Positions 27,852-39,100 of a stretch of 64,000 bases of DNA are shown piece after piece. Location: positions 32,657 through 96,656 of IMG/VR virus record IMGVR_UViG_3300044846_000719; one strand, written 5' to 3'. The position numbers and the translations under genes are program-made. This DNA comes from a virus. Position 1 is the first letter of the stretch. Each line of letters starts with the position of its first letter. The notes under the pieces were generated by a model. That model worked only from the letters and a program-made list of their open reading frames with translations. It was not told the origin of the DNA and searched no databases.

Positions 27852-30161
27852 TTAATCTAAATACTCAATACCATAACCCTGACTAATAAGATTCTGAATC
27901 TCATTGTCATCTAATTCTAACATTTGTCCTTCAGTCATACCACCCATTTGTTTTTTCCAACCAGCAGCATTTCTAGCAAAGTTAGCTCTTTTTACTTGTG
28001 TAGAACTATAGTCTTCTTTATTTGCAAGTACTTTACTAGCAAACTCTTGTACACCCATACCAGCTCTATTAGCTGAAGCAGTAAACTTTCCTTTGTTTGC
28101 AGGATTAATATTTATACCACCATAAGCCATTTGAGGAGATTGTCCTTGTTGAATAGCCTGCATAATTTGCTGAATAGCTTGTTGCTGTTCTTCTGGAGAC
28201 ATTGCCTGAAGTTGCTTAATGATTTGTTGAGGATCTGTCTGTGTCATTTGAGCATACATCTGTATAGCCTGCATAATCTGATCTTCTACCTGACCTTGAC
28301 CACCTTGCTGATACATGTTACCACCTTTCATCATGTTGTACATAGCATCCATATCCATTTGACCACCATACATATCAGTACTACCACCATAATTAAATCT
28401 TCCAACTTGTTGATCAAATGCAGTCTTCTCTAAGTTAGTACCTTGATTTAATACCATACCTGTGTTAGGATCTACGGCTTGACTAAATGTAGTACCTGAA
28501 GAAATATTTCCTTTAGGATTACTAAATATCATGCGTCCTGTTTGATCAGTGACTGATTGAGGATTAGAAGATTGATAATAAGAATAAATATCGTTACGTG
28601 ATGGCATATCTTTTACACCTGTTACACCAGAACTCTTAAGATCTTGAAGTTGTCGATTATAATACTGTTCAAATCTAGGATCACTGCCTACACCTGGAGA
28701 CATAAATGTATTAATAGGTGCACTACCAATATCACCACCTTCTGCCATGTTAGATAAAATTTTAGCCTGTACATATTCTGGTAGTGCCTGAAACCCAGGA
28801 TTATTAGTACCACCATATGCACGTTTACCCATATCCCATTTCTGCCTCGTTGTCGGATCAGGGGTGTTGTGTTGTGGGTTTTCACTGTAATACCTATTCT
28901 TTCCACGGGCTAATCTAGCGTCAGCTGCAATCATACCAATAGTCCCTGCGATACTAGCAGCAATTTCACCAATGTCTAAAGCTTTTTTATTTCTAGCTTT
29001 TTTATCTTCAGCATCAGTAATAGCCTTAAATGGAACTTCTTTTACTGGACCACCTTCTTCTGGTTGTCCACCTTGTGCCCATGTACCAAATCTTTTGTGC
29101 CAATATAGAGGAGAGAAAGGATCTGTAGCTTTAGCTGAATTCTTACCACCCATTCTATTCCAAAAATTATCTTTACGCTTATTTGAACCATGCTGGCTAA
29201 AATCTTTCATACCAACATAACCACCGTGTACAATTTTATATTTGTCACCTTTCTTAGCTAGCACCATCCACTTCTTACCGGCTCTATCTGATTTTCTTTT
29301 AGCACCTACTTTAGTAAAACCTCTACTCTTATAGCGCTGAGGAATGCCGCCCATTTTCATTTGTTCCATTTCCCCCATATTCATATCAGCATCTTCCTCT
29401 TCTTCGATACCTCCTGATTCTTCATTGTACTGCATATAATCAGAAACACTATTTAAGTAGTCATCTGCCAATGTAATCTTACTAGCTACCCAAGGCTCAA
29501 TTTCACTATCAGCATTTACAAATTTTTGTAAGTTAGATAGTCTATCATGCATTGCCATGATCTGACCAATAGCCATTTCACCACCTTCATCATAATAGTT
29601 ATCACGCATCATCATCCCGGTACCACCCATTTGCATAGCAGGCATACCCACAAGATTCATAGCTAACTTAGCCATTTGCATTTTATCACCACCACCATTA
29701 TCTGAGCCACCACCCATATTTTGAGCAGCATTATCTACATTTTTACCAATAGCCATAGCACCATTATAAAGCATATCACCAATAGCACCCATAGGATTGT
29801 TTTGTTCATCCTGTTGAGCTTTCTGCATATATGCCATCATATTCTGATCATAGTTAGGATATTGGAATATCTGCTGGTCTTGTAAACCACCACCGGTCTG
29901 TGCTTTTCTATATCCACCACCACGACTCTTATATGTCTTAACTAACCATGCTGAACCATAAGCTGAAGGCCACGTATCAAATTTAGATTTAGCCTCTGAT
30001 TTAACACGAGAATATAACCCAGGATTAGTTGGAACATTACCACCGCTTTTCATTTCTACAGCTTGTGGATAGGCTTTAAAAAATGCTTCTTCTGTAGGGA
30101 ACATATTATAGAATTCCTTCTCAGATTTAACACCAGCCATTTTTAAAAATTTATCTTTCAT
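27852..30161 (-). CDS. Modular virion cargo polyprotein-like protein (about 14 x-x-x-GG linkers)
   Basis: Start probably MKDKFLK at 30161. Linkers MKSGG, MQMGG, YDEGG, MKMGG, WAQGG, RAYGG, MAEGG, FNYGG, YQQGG, MAYGG and KQMGG separate small basic or helical modules. Confidence 0.65.
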   Translation of the reverse strand: MKDKFLKMAGVKSEKEFYNMFPTEEAFFKAYPQAVEMKSGGNVPTNPGLYSRVKSEAKSKFDTWPSAYGSAWLVKTYKSRGGGYRKAQTGGGLQDQQIFQYPNYDQNMMAYMQKAQQDEQNNPMGAIGDMLYNGAMAIGKNVDNAAQNMGGGSDNGGGDKMQMAKLAMNLVGMPAMQMGGTGMMMRDNYYDEGGEMAIGQIMAMHDRLSNLQKFVNADSEIEPWVASKITLADDYLNSVSDYMQYNEESGGIEEEEDADMNMGEMEQMKMGGIPQRYKSRGFTKVGAKRKSDRAGKKWMVLAKKGDKYKIVHGGYVGMKDFSQHGSNKRKDNFWNRMGGKNSAKATDPFSPLYWHKRFGTWAQGGQPEEGGPVKEVPFKAITDAEDKKARNKKALDIGEIAASIAGTIGMIAADARLARGKNRYYSENPQHNTPDPTTRQKWDMGKRAYGGTNNPGFQALPEYVQAKILSNMAEGGDIGSAPINTFMSPGVGSDPRFEQYYNRQLQDLKSSGVTGVKDMPSRNDIYSYYQSSNPQSVTDQTGRMIFSNPKGNISSGTTFSQAVDPNTGMVLNQGTNLEKTAFDQQVGRFNYGGSTDMYGGQMDMDAMYNMMKGGNMYQQGGQGQVEDQIMQAIQMYAQMTQTDPQQIIKQLQAMSPEEQQQAIQQIMQAIQQGQSPQMAYGGININPANKGKFTASANRAGMGVQEFASKVLANKEDYSSTQVKRANFARNAAGWKKQMGGMTEGQMLELDDNEIQNLISQGYGIEYLD

Positions 30162-30166
30162 TTTAG

Positions 30167-33100
30167 TTATTTGTATTTGTTTAGCCAACTAGTTTGACCA
30201 CCTTTTTTTTGTTCTTGTAATTGAGATGCTGCAGCTGCTCCTACTGCTAATGGAGCTACTGCCGGAAGTCTATTTAAAACATCTGTAAGTAATTTACTAT
30301 TTGCTTTAGTAGGCTCCATAAAATCAAAAATTCTAGTATTACTTGAAAAGTTACCAGTATTTTTATTATAGACACCCATAGGATTCTTTTTAAAGTATTT
30401 ATAAGCATTCTGTATTTGTTGTTGATTTATAGGAGTATAATAATCAGGAATAAATCCTTTTTGAAACATACTCTCTCTTAATTCATTTGCAAATGCTGTA
30501 GGCTCACTACCTGAACTTCCTTTCATAAAATATTTATAACCCCTTTGATCACTAGGTTTTAATTGTTTTTTAGGAACAATATTTTTTAAACCTGTATCTA
30601 AAGATAATTTTCTTCCTCTTTGTAAAACATGTCCAATTTCATGCATTTCTGTTGGTACGTCACCTACAAAATTATAACCCATACCTATTTCACCAGGAAT
30701 AGATTTACTATAATTTGGTGTAGGTTTTTTTAAATTAAGAGTTCCAGAACTTTTTACAAATTGATCATACAAAGAGGCTGGTCGATGATAAGCATTATTA
30801 TATAAATAACTATCTTCTACAAAAGGATTTGTTAAACCAGTACCTAAAAAATTAGTATTTGCGTATTCTGTAGCTTCTTTATTTACGTTCTTAACATTTT
30901 TTAATTCTTCAATTCTTGCTTTTGCATTAATTTTAGCCACTCTATCTATAACACTTAAATCAGTATCTGTATTATCAAATAGATATGCTTTTTCTTGTTC
31001 AACAAGTCTTCTAAATCCTTCTTCAGATTCTAAATCAGCAACTCTTTTACCTACTGAATTATCTAAACTTCCAACTCCTTTTTCTAATTGTCTAAAAAAA
31101 GCATGTTCTGATATAGTATTAGGTTTGAGTTTATTAACATTAGCAACCGAAGATACATCTCCATACTGTATTCCAGAAACTGTATTAACATTATCTAAAC
31201 TAACTGGTCTACCTTTTTGTAAACTTAAAGCTAATCTAGGATTTTTCTTTATTTGAGATTCTAATAAGTTACCTGCTTGTTGAGATAAACCTTTTATAAA
31301 TTTCTGCCCCGTTCTTGTTAAACCGGCACCAACGTATGATAAAGGATCAGTTACTGCATTAACACCAAATGCTAAATATGGATTCTGAATATTCATTGCT
31401 TCAGATGGCATCTGTACTTTACCAGTTGCTCCATATACAGAGGCTAATTGTGGTGCACTAAACGGAGCCATTATTGTTTCCATCATAGCAGTACCTATAC
31501 CACCAGGACCAGATGCATCATTGGGTTGCTTATACCAATCTCTACCTCCAGTAGCATTATTAACTCGTCTAGCCCACTGCTCCATAAAATCATCAGATCT
31601 TTCATTATAAGGATCTAGACCAATTGCCTTTTCTCCTTGATTAATAAATCCTCTTAACTTATCTGACCATGAACGTTTCTTACGTATATCAACAGCTTGC
31701 ATCCTATCAGGATTCTGTTCAGTAGAAGTTTCAGCACCACCTGTTGGATACTTATTAAGCCATCCACCATACTTTGCATACTTAGTAGAACTTTTATTAT
31801 CATTCTTAACAATCCCATTAAGTAAATGTATTATTCTTTCATCAGATGTTTTAAAAGTAGGTGTTTCTTTTGTATTCTTAAGATAGGGACTAAAAGGATC
31901 ACTAATGTCATAGTTATCATTAAGTGTATCAATATTATTTATTCCCTCTATTGAATTATTTCTATTATATAACTGTTCAATATTATTTTTTCCTTGATTT
32001 TCAAATACTGGAGTAAATCTATTAATAATAAAATTATCAGGATATTCTTTTTTATATTTATTCCAAATTTTAGGTGTTAATTTTTCTCCTTTAGTATAAT
32101 CATAAAAACCTTTTTTGCGCATATCTTGTTTTAAAGCATATGCATCAGACAATAATTCATCTTCCTTTCTATCGTTATTAAGAGTAGTACTATAATAATT
32201 ATTAAATCCTTCTGTATCTGTGATTCCCATCTCAGCTAATTTAGTTCTATTAAATAGAAAAACTTCAGGATTATTTTTATTTAAATAATGACTAGTTTCA
32301 TGACTCATAATAGTACTAGGATCATTTTTATATGTATACAAATCTATAGCGGTTGGATCAACACTAATCTTTTGATCTTTAATGTAACCTTTATTTTTTA
32401 ATTGTTTATTATAATCTGAAGAATAAGGAACTACAAAACTATTATTTTTAACTCTAGAGTTTGTATATGTATAACTATTTGGTATTCCTATTGCAGATTC
32501 TTCTGGATTTTTAGAATTATCAAATCCAATTTTTAATTCAGGAAAATTAAAAGGAAATGCTGGTGGAATATAACGTTCATTAAAAGTATTTGTAACAGGA
32601 TCATATTTTGATCTAACTCCTGTAATTCTTGGATTATCATATTCCTGATCAGTTACAAAAGAATTATAATTCTCAGGATCTGGTTGTGGACCATATTCTT
32701 TTTTAGCATTTTTTAAATCATTTCTTAAATATGCTTCTGGAACTGTATCACCTATTCTTTTTCTATTAGCCTCATACCAATCTTTTAAACCAGAAATTTC
32801 TTCATTAAATTGATTAGTATATTCCTGTACTGATTTTCCTGGAGGAGCTTCACCAGCCTCTTGATATTTACTTAACCAACCACCATACTTTTTATTTTCT
32901 GGATAGTTATAACTATAACCTTTACCTTCAGTTACTTTAGCATTAGTTATATCTAAGTTATTTGCAGTCTTCCAGTCTTGGTATTCTTTTTCAGTTCTAA
33001 AAGCTTTCTTAGACCCATCTTGTAATGTAACACCAATATTATACTCTCTAGCCATTCCACCATTAGGAGTATACATATCTCTATCTATATTAGATACAAC

Positions 33101-36100
33101 TAAAGAAGGTTGATAGATAATAGGTTGAACTGGTTCTGGAAATAAAATTTCAGTAGATAAACCTTTGTTATAATCACTCTTATTAGGAAAATTATCATAA
33201 CCTGTAGGTTGTATACCTTTTATATATTCTAATTTTTGTTTTTTATTTTGTTTAACACCATCTCTAACTAATCCATAACAATTAATATCTTTACAAAAGG
33301 ATTTTTTTAATTCAGCATTACTTCTATAGAAAACATCTTTATTTGGAATAAAGAAGTTACTATTATGTAAAGATGCACTATCATTAAATCTTTGTAATCT
33401 AGGATCATTAGGATCTGAAGTATACATAGGAGCTCTACCACCACCAACTTGAAATTCATCTAACCATCCTCCATCTTTTAATTGATTAATGTCTACTCCT
33501 TGAAATGGTATATCACCAACAGATCCATACTTCTGCAAAGCCTTAGCTTTGTTTTCATTTGACATATAGTTAAACTGTTGAATAATAGGTTTATTATAAC
33601 CAATCTTTTTTACAGGTAATTCTATTGGAGTAACTGGTAGAGGAGTTTGTACTACATCAGGAATAATTTCTGGTTTATTATAAATAGGTTGTGATACCTT
33701 AGTTAATATTGATTTTTTAGATGGTGTTAGTTTTGTGTTTACTCCATAATATATAGGTTGAACAGGTTTTTTATAGAGAATTGGTGCCCTATCTTTTAAA
33801 TATTTACCTAATCCACTTGCATCACTAATCTCTGCGTCACCACGAAGATTATTTAAGGATGTATTACCCTTTGGCAAACCTAATTGTCTTTCATATAGCG
33901 TTATATTACCATAACTACCACGGTAACCTAATGCCATCTGGGAAATTGGAGCTATTTTACCAGAAATAAAATTATATGGTGGAGGAGATGTTTCTAGACG
34001 ACCAATAGATAATCCAGCATTTTTAACTACATTAATATATTTTTGTTTATCTTGTTCTCCTTTATTATATAAATTTAAACTATCTCTATAACTACCTATT
34101 CTAGGATCTCTTGAGTTTGATGTATAGATTGGACGTCTTACACCACCATCTTGATATTGATCTAACCACCCGCCATATTTTTTACCAGGAATATATTCTG
34201 TTATAGGTGAATTATTGTAATGAATAAGATATTCTCCATTATTAAAAGCACTAAGATCAAGACCCATCCTTTTTGCCATTTGCTTTTTTAAAATTTGATC
34301 ATCTACTGTACCCCACTCATTTTTTTTATTTTTGGGATTATTGTTTGCATCTTTTAAAAATGAGTCTACTGGAAAATAATCAACTAAACTAAATTTAGAA
34401 GGGTCTTGTGCTATATAAGTTTCATGCTCGTCATAATCATAGTCAGGTCTATTTGTAGGTAATCCTGCTTGTGCTAATCTAGCAGCATATATTGATTCTG
34501 GAATTTTAGGAGCAAAATCATCATTATCTTCACTATCCCAATATCTTTCTTTATATCCTAAATCTACATTATGTAGATTAGCCCAAGACATAATTTCTGG
34601 ATTGTTACGCATTTCAACTTGCATCTGTTCTGCACGATTCCATATTTGATCAGGAAGTTCTCTTGTTAATCCGTCTACAGTATCAGGTGAATACTTATTT
34701 TTTGCTAAATAATCATAAAAAGTTTTATTATTTAAAGAAAGATCATTTTCAATCTTATCTTTAGTAGGATAATTTACTAAATTATTATGATCAGTTTTTA
34801 ATACATACGCATATTTACCAGGTCCATAAACATTAATTGCAGAACTATTTTTATAATCTTTATCACCATCTCTAAGATTTGTTAACCATCTTCTATTTGG
34901 AGAATAACCATCGTCTTTAACTAAAGGAAAATTACCAAATGATTTACCAACTACTTCTGGTAAAACATATTCTTGTTCTAAAGACGCTTGATAGTTTGAA
35001 GGTTTAGCTTCATTATATTTAAAAGTAAGTTTAGGATTGTTTATTAATTTATTATCTATAGGATAATATGGAGCTGCAACTTGTCTAAATTCTTCTACTG
35101 TAGGATTTAAATTTTTTATAGGTAATTTTGGATTTACCCAAAAATTATCTCTAGTACTATTATCTAATAAATATGGATGTATATTTATATCAGGTTTATA
35201 TAATAAATTACCTTCATTGTCATATTCATATGTAGGATTATCACTTACCTTTTTTCTTTTAACATTAATATTAACACCCTGCATTCTTTCAGGATTTTGT
35301 TCTGTTGAAGTTTCACCACCAACTGGATACTGATCTAACCAAGTCTCACCACCATCTTCTCTACGCTTATGATTATAATCTATACGCTTACCTGAAGTCT
35401 TCTCTCTTTTAAATCTAGCTTTCTCTGCAGAAGACATCTCTGATGTAGTTTTAGGAGTTGTTTCATTTACTCTTCTAGATGGTCTGCATGCAGGATATGG
35501 TCTACCATCTTTATCTTTTCCTGATCTACCACATGTTTTACCTGTCTTAACATCCACCCATTTTTCATCAAACCACTGACTCAAACCGCCTTTACCAAAT
35601 TCTTCTAATACTCCAGTACCCTTTTTATAACTTTTAGCAAATCTTCTAGCTTGTCTATCATTAGGAAACTCAATATACTGACCACTCTGATTTGCATAAT
35701 CATATGCATTATCTCCTAAGTATTGTAAAGTACCATCAGGCATTTGTACAACTGTAGGATATACACGACCATCACCACTTGCCATAAAGTGTGTGGCAGG
35801 ATACTGCTGACCGGGTATCATTATACTTGGTGTATTAGGTTGATACATTCTTTGAACAAAGTTTAGATCTTTATTCTCATTAAGAATTTTATCTATCTTT
35901 CTCTTAGACATACCACCAAACTGCATCTGAGGATACTCAGTTACATAGTTACCGGGGAATGTATATTCTCCACCCGGCATCATCATTTGCTGATTACCTA
36001 AGTCATCTATACCAAGTACTGGATAGTTAACTCCCTTCATTGTAATGTTAGAAGAAGGTATGACAGTAACCTCACCGGGATATGCCCACTGCCCTAAAGG

Positions 36101-36127
36101 AGATATTATAGGTTTTTTTCTAGCCAT
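30167..36127 (-). CDS. Modular virion cargo polyprotein-like protein with GGWLxxY linkers and two zincin motifs
   Basis: 1986 aa; six GG(x)WL[DNS][QKE][YF] repeats; HETSH (~32290) and HEIGH (~30630). Confidence 0.65.
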   Translation of the reverse strand: MARKKPIISPLGQWAYPGEVTVIPSSNITMKGVNYPVLGIDDLGNQQMMMPGGEYTFPGNYVTEYPQMQFGGMSKRKIDKILNENKDLNFVQRMYQPNTPSIMIPGQQYPATHFMASGDGRVYPTVVQMPDGTLQYLGDNAYDYANQSGQYIEFPNDRQARRFAKSYKKGTGVLEEFGKGGLSQWFDEKWVDVKTGKTCGRSGKDKDGRPYPACRPSRRVNETTPKTTSEMSSAEKARFKREKTSGKRIDYNHKRREDGGETWLDQYPVGGETSTEQNPERMQGVNINVKRKKVSDNPTYEYDNEGNLLYKPDINIHPYLLDNSTRDNFWVNPKLPIKNLNPTVEEFRQVAAPYYPIDNKLINNPKLTFKYNEAKPSNYQASLEQEYVLPEVVGKSFGNFPLVKDDGYSPNRRWLTNLRDGDKDYKNSSAINVYGPGKYAYVLKTDHNNLVNYPTKDKIENDLSLNNKTFYDYLAKNKYSPDTVDGLTRELPDQIWNRAEQMQVEMRNNPEIMSWANLHNVDLGYKERYWDSEDNDDFAPKIPESIYAARLAQAGLPTNRPDYDYDEHETYIAQDPSKFSLVDYFPVDSFLKDANNNPKNKKNEWGTVDDQILKKQMAKRMGLDLSAFNNGEYLIHYNNSPITEYIPGKKYGGWLDQYQDGGVRRPIYTSNSRDPRIGSYRDSLNLYNKGEQDKQKYINVVKNAGLSIGRLETSPPPYNFISGKIAPISQMALGYRGSYGNITLYERQLGLPKGNTSLNNLRGDAEISDASGLGKYLKDRAPILYKKPVQPIYYGVNTKLTPSKKSILTKVSQPIYNKPEIIPDVVQTPLPVTPIELPVKKIGYNKPIIQQFNYMSNENKAKALQKYGSVGDIPFQGVDINQLKDGGWLDEFQVGGGRAPMYTSDPNDPRLQRFNDSASLHNSNFFIPNKDVFYRSNAELKKSFCKDINCYGLVRDGVKQNKKQKLEYIKGIQPTGYDNFPNKSDYNKGLSTEILFPEPVQPIIYQPSLVVSNIDRDMYTPNGGMAREYNIGVTLQDGSKKAFRTEKEYQDWKTANNLDITNAKVTEGKGYSYNYPENKKYGGWLSKYQEAGEAPPGKSVQEYTNQFNEEISGLKDWYEANRKRIGDTVPEAYLRNDLKNAKKEYGPQPDPENYNSFVTDQEYDNPRITGVRSKYDPVTNTFNERYIPPAFPFNFPELKIGFDNSKNPEESAIGIPNSYTYTNSRVKNNSFVVPYSSDYNKQLKNKGYIKDQKISVDPTAIDLYTYKNDPSTIMSHETSHYLNKNNPEVFLFNRTKLAEMGITDTEGFNNYYSTTLNNDRKEDELLSDAYALKQDMRKKGFYDYTKGEKLTPKIWNKYKKEYPDNFIINRFTPVFENQGKNNIEQLYNRNNSIEGINNIDTLNDNYDISDPFSPYLKNTKETPTFKTSDERIIHLLNGIVKNDNKSSTKYAKYGGWLNKYPTGGAETSTEQNPDRMQAVDIRKKRSWSDKLRGFINQGEKAIGLDPYNERSDDFMEQWARRVNNATGGRDWYKQPNDASGPGGIGTAMMETIMAPFSAPQLASVYGATGKVQMPSEAMNIQNPYLAFGVNAVTDPLSYVGAGLTRTGQKFIKGLSQQAGNLLESQIKKNPRLALSLQKGRPVSLDNVNTVSGIQYGDVSSVANVNKLKPNTISEHAFFRQLEKGVGSLDNSVGKRVADLESEEGFRRLVEQEKAYLFDNTDTDLSVIDRVAKINAKARIEELKNVKNVNKEATEYANTNFLGTGLTNPFVEDSYLYNNAYHRPASLYDQFVKSSGTLNLKKPTPNYSKSIPGEIGMGYNFVGDVPTEMHEIGHVLQRGRKLSLDTGLKNIVPKKQLKPSDQRGYKYFMKGSSGSEPTAFANELRESMFQKGFIPDYYTPINQQQIQNAYKYFKKNPMGVYNKNTGNFSSNTRIFDFMEPTKANSKLLTDVLNRLPAVAPLAVGAAAASQLQEQKKGGQTSWLNKYK

Positions 36128-36131
36128 TTTA

Positions 36132-39100
36132 TTACCTAAATGAAGCTAACAATTTATTATTACTGAGCTTCAAAAAGAACTTAGATGAGCCAGAAACAAG
36201 TTTCTTTAATAGAACCTTATTAATATAGTGTCTAAATTTCTTTCTTTGTGTAGCTCCCTTATTATAATTTACGTAAGTTGCGTTAATATTCCTAATGTAA
36301 CCGTTAGCTTCAGTGACCCACATAGGTGTAGTATTAGCTGAAGTTTGACCTCTATCATTTGTAATATCCCAGAATTCATTAAACCTATATTTCTGTTCTA
36401 CTTTAGAGAAGAGTATATCAATAGAGCTAGTATTAATGATAGGATAGTTATTAATAGCGTAAGGATTATTAAGTGGTGAAAGATTTAAAATTAAGTCACC
36501 GGATATTTGTTCTGTATTATATATAACAGCCCTATCAAAATTCTCATTAAGTAAATGATTATAGTCTAAACAGTTCTTAGAATATTTATAACACTCTAAG
36601 ATGTATTCTATTGATCTTGTAGTTGTAACGGTTTGACCTTGGTTCTGTACATATTCTACTTCAAATGGATAATTAACTCCGTAGTAATTACAGAATGAAT
36701 CACATACTAGGTTATGTTTCCAGATACCATCATCTTTAACTGTCATATAGTAAGTCTTACTAGACATTACTAAGTTAGGTTGCCAGTCATGGAATGAAAT
36801 AAATGCTTTAGCTTTAGGGTCATAACTTACTGTCCAGGAAGCATTCTCAAAATATATAGGATCACCTAATGTAATTTGATATCCCGGAAAATCTAAAAAT
36901 TCAAACTTATTACCAAGTCCAACTAAATACTTTACTCTTCCTATATACTCAGATTTAAGTTTAAAGTCACGTTTACAAAAGAATACTATCTCGTTAATAT
37001 TATCATATGTTGTTTGACAACCAATACCTATAATAGTATTATCAAGCATTGTAGTATCTATATTTGGGAAGTCTACAAGTAATGCATAAGGACTATATTG
37101 AGAGAACCACCACTTCATACCGGATTTAGAAATATCCTGTAGACCTTGACCGTAAGAGAATATCTTACCTTGGTTTTGACTCATATAGAATAATCCTGCT
37201 GGTGTATTAATTACAGATAATTTACTCTGACAACTACCATATTCAAATTCACTATCTGCATTAGATAGATTCTGTAATGGTTGTGCATTAAATAACTGAC
37301 CATCACCAATAGATAATTTAGTACCACCGTTAAGATCTAAAGTTTCTACACCCTGGAATAACATTGGGGCACCATGTTCTAGCATAATTACGGCTCCTGT
37401 TTTACCAACAGAACGCATACTTGTAACTCTAGAATCAAAGTCATAATAGTTATTAGCTAGGAACTGTCTCCAGTTATCTTTACGTAACTCATACTGTTGT
37501 TGTAAAGAATAGATAACTCTTGTAGGATATGTTGTAAAGCAACCTACGTTATCTGGATTATAAATCCTTGGTTGTATATTACCCCAAGATACAAAATTTG
37601 TAAAGTGCTTACTAATGCTTAATGCGTAGTCATACTTCTGATAGTTTGTATCTTTGATATAAGGAGTACGGAACATTTCCTCATAGTCAGTATATGTATT
37701 AAAGTCATAATGTCTTTTACCAGGATCATCTCCATAATCTCTATATGCTAAGTTAAGTTCTGATTCTACATAGAAATCTCTAATACCAGAATTAAACAAA
37801 TACATATATGCAAATCTTACTGAAAATGCACCAGATATTATTCTTCTATCTAAGTGATGAAAGTCATTAGGTAATGCTTGAGTTCCACCAAATATGCCTT
37901 CAAATAAATCAGCAGCATTATACTTACTAGTATCCATCCAATATCTTGGATAAGGAAGCATGTTATATAATCTATAATCCCACTCAGTATTATCAGGAAG
38001 ATCCTGCATCCACTGAGAAAAATAAAAGAATGTAGACTTCTCAGTATAACGGTTAACATACATGTCACCACCAAAGATTATATTGGATGTGGCTTTCTGT
38101 GTATATTGTAATGTCCAAAGATCAATACATCCTACAGGTATTTGTCGGATTGCATCTAACTGACCGTACTGATTATCATTCTTAATTTTTAATGCAGCAT
38201 AGTGAGCAGAAGTAACTGAGTTTTGTAACTTAGTTGGTTCCTTCCAAATATCATTATCTGCAGTTCTACCATGATCTCCTCTTGCAATATCACCAATAGT
38301 AAATAATGTATTATCAATTACTGAAGGATCAGCAATACCACTATTAGTTGTAAGTGTTACAGTACTAGCCCGAAATAAGTTATTAATTCTGTAAGTAGTA
38401 TCATAATCTTGAATAACTGGATCTACATATAATGACTTAATAATCTCTCTTCTTCTATTACCAATTGGAGAGGATATAAAATTATTATAAAAACCACGTG
38501 ATATATATTGATAAGCAAACTGTCTTTTACCACTAGCTGCTTCTATACCTTCAATTACATTTTGTGTTGATTCAATATAATAGTAAGAAAATAAAATTAC
38601 ATAACCAACAGCAGCACCAACAATAGCAGTAGCAGCTCCAGCTATAGGACCTGCTGAAGTACCAGTTATTCCACCAAAAGCGGCAAAGTTTCCAGTAATT
38701 ACTGCAACTTTTGCTGCCGCTTCAACAAGATTACCACCAAATACTGCAGAAATTGTAGCAGCAGATCCTATAGCAATACCAGCAAAGTTAGCAATAACAG
38801 CAGCAAAATCCGTAATAAACTTATCTTTAGGATGATTGTCTACAGGCCTAAAGTTACCTTCCACATTACCCCATAACTCACCATACACTTTTAATTCAGT
38901 AGCTGATAAGAAAGGATTTCGGAATGTGGTTTCAGGTGAGTGAAAAGAGAACATGTCTTTTCTATAAGAACTAAATAATCTTACATCATTAGGAACAGCA
39001 TCTCTATAAGCGCCACCACGTGTTTGTTTTCCTGTAACTACATCTACACCTAAAAAAGGATCCGGAGATAAAGGATTGTACGGATAATTTACGTACAAAC

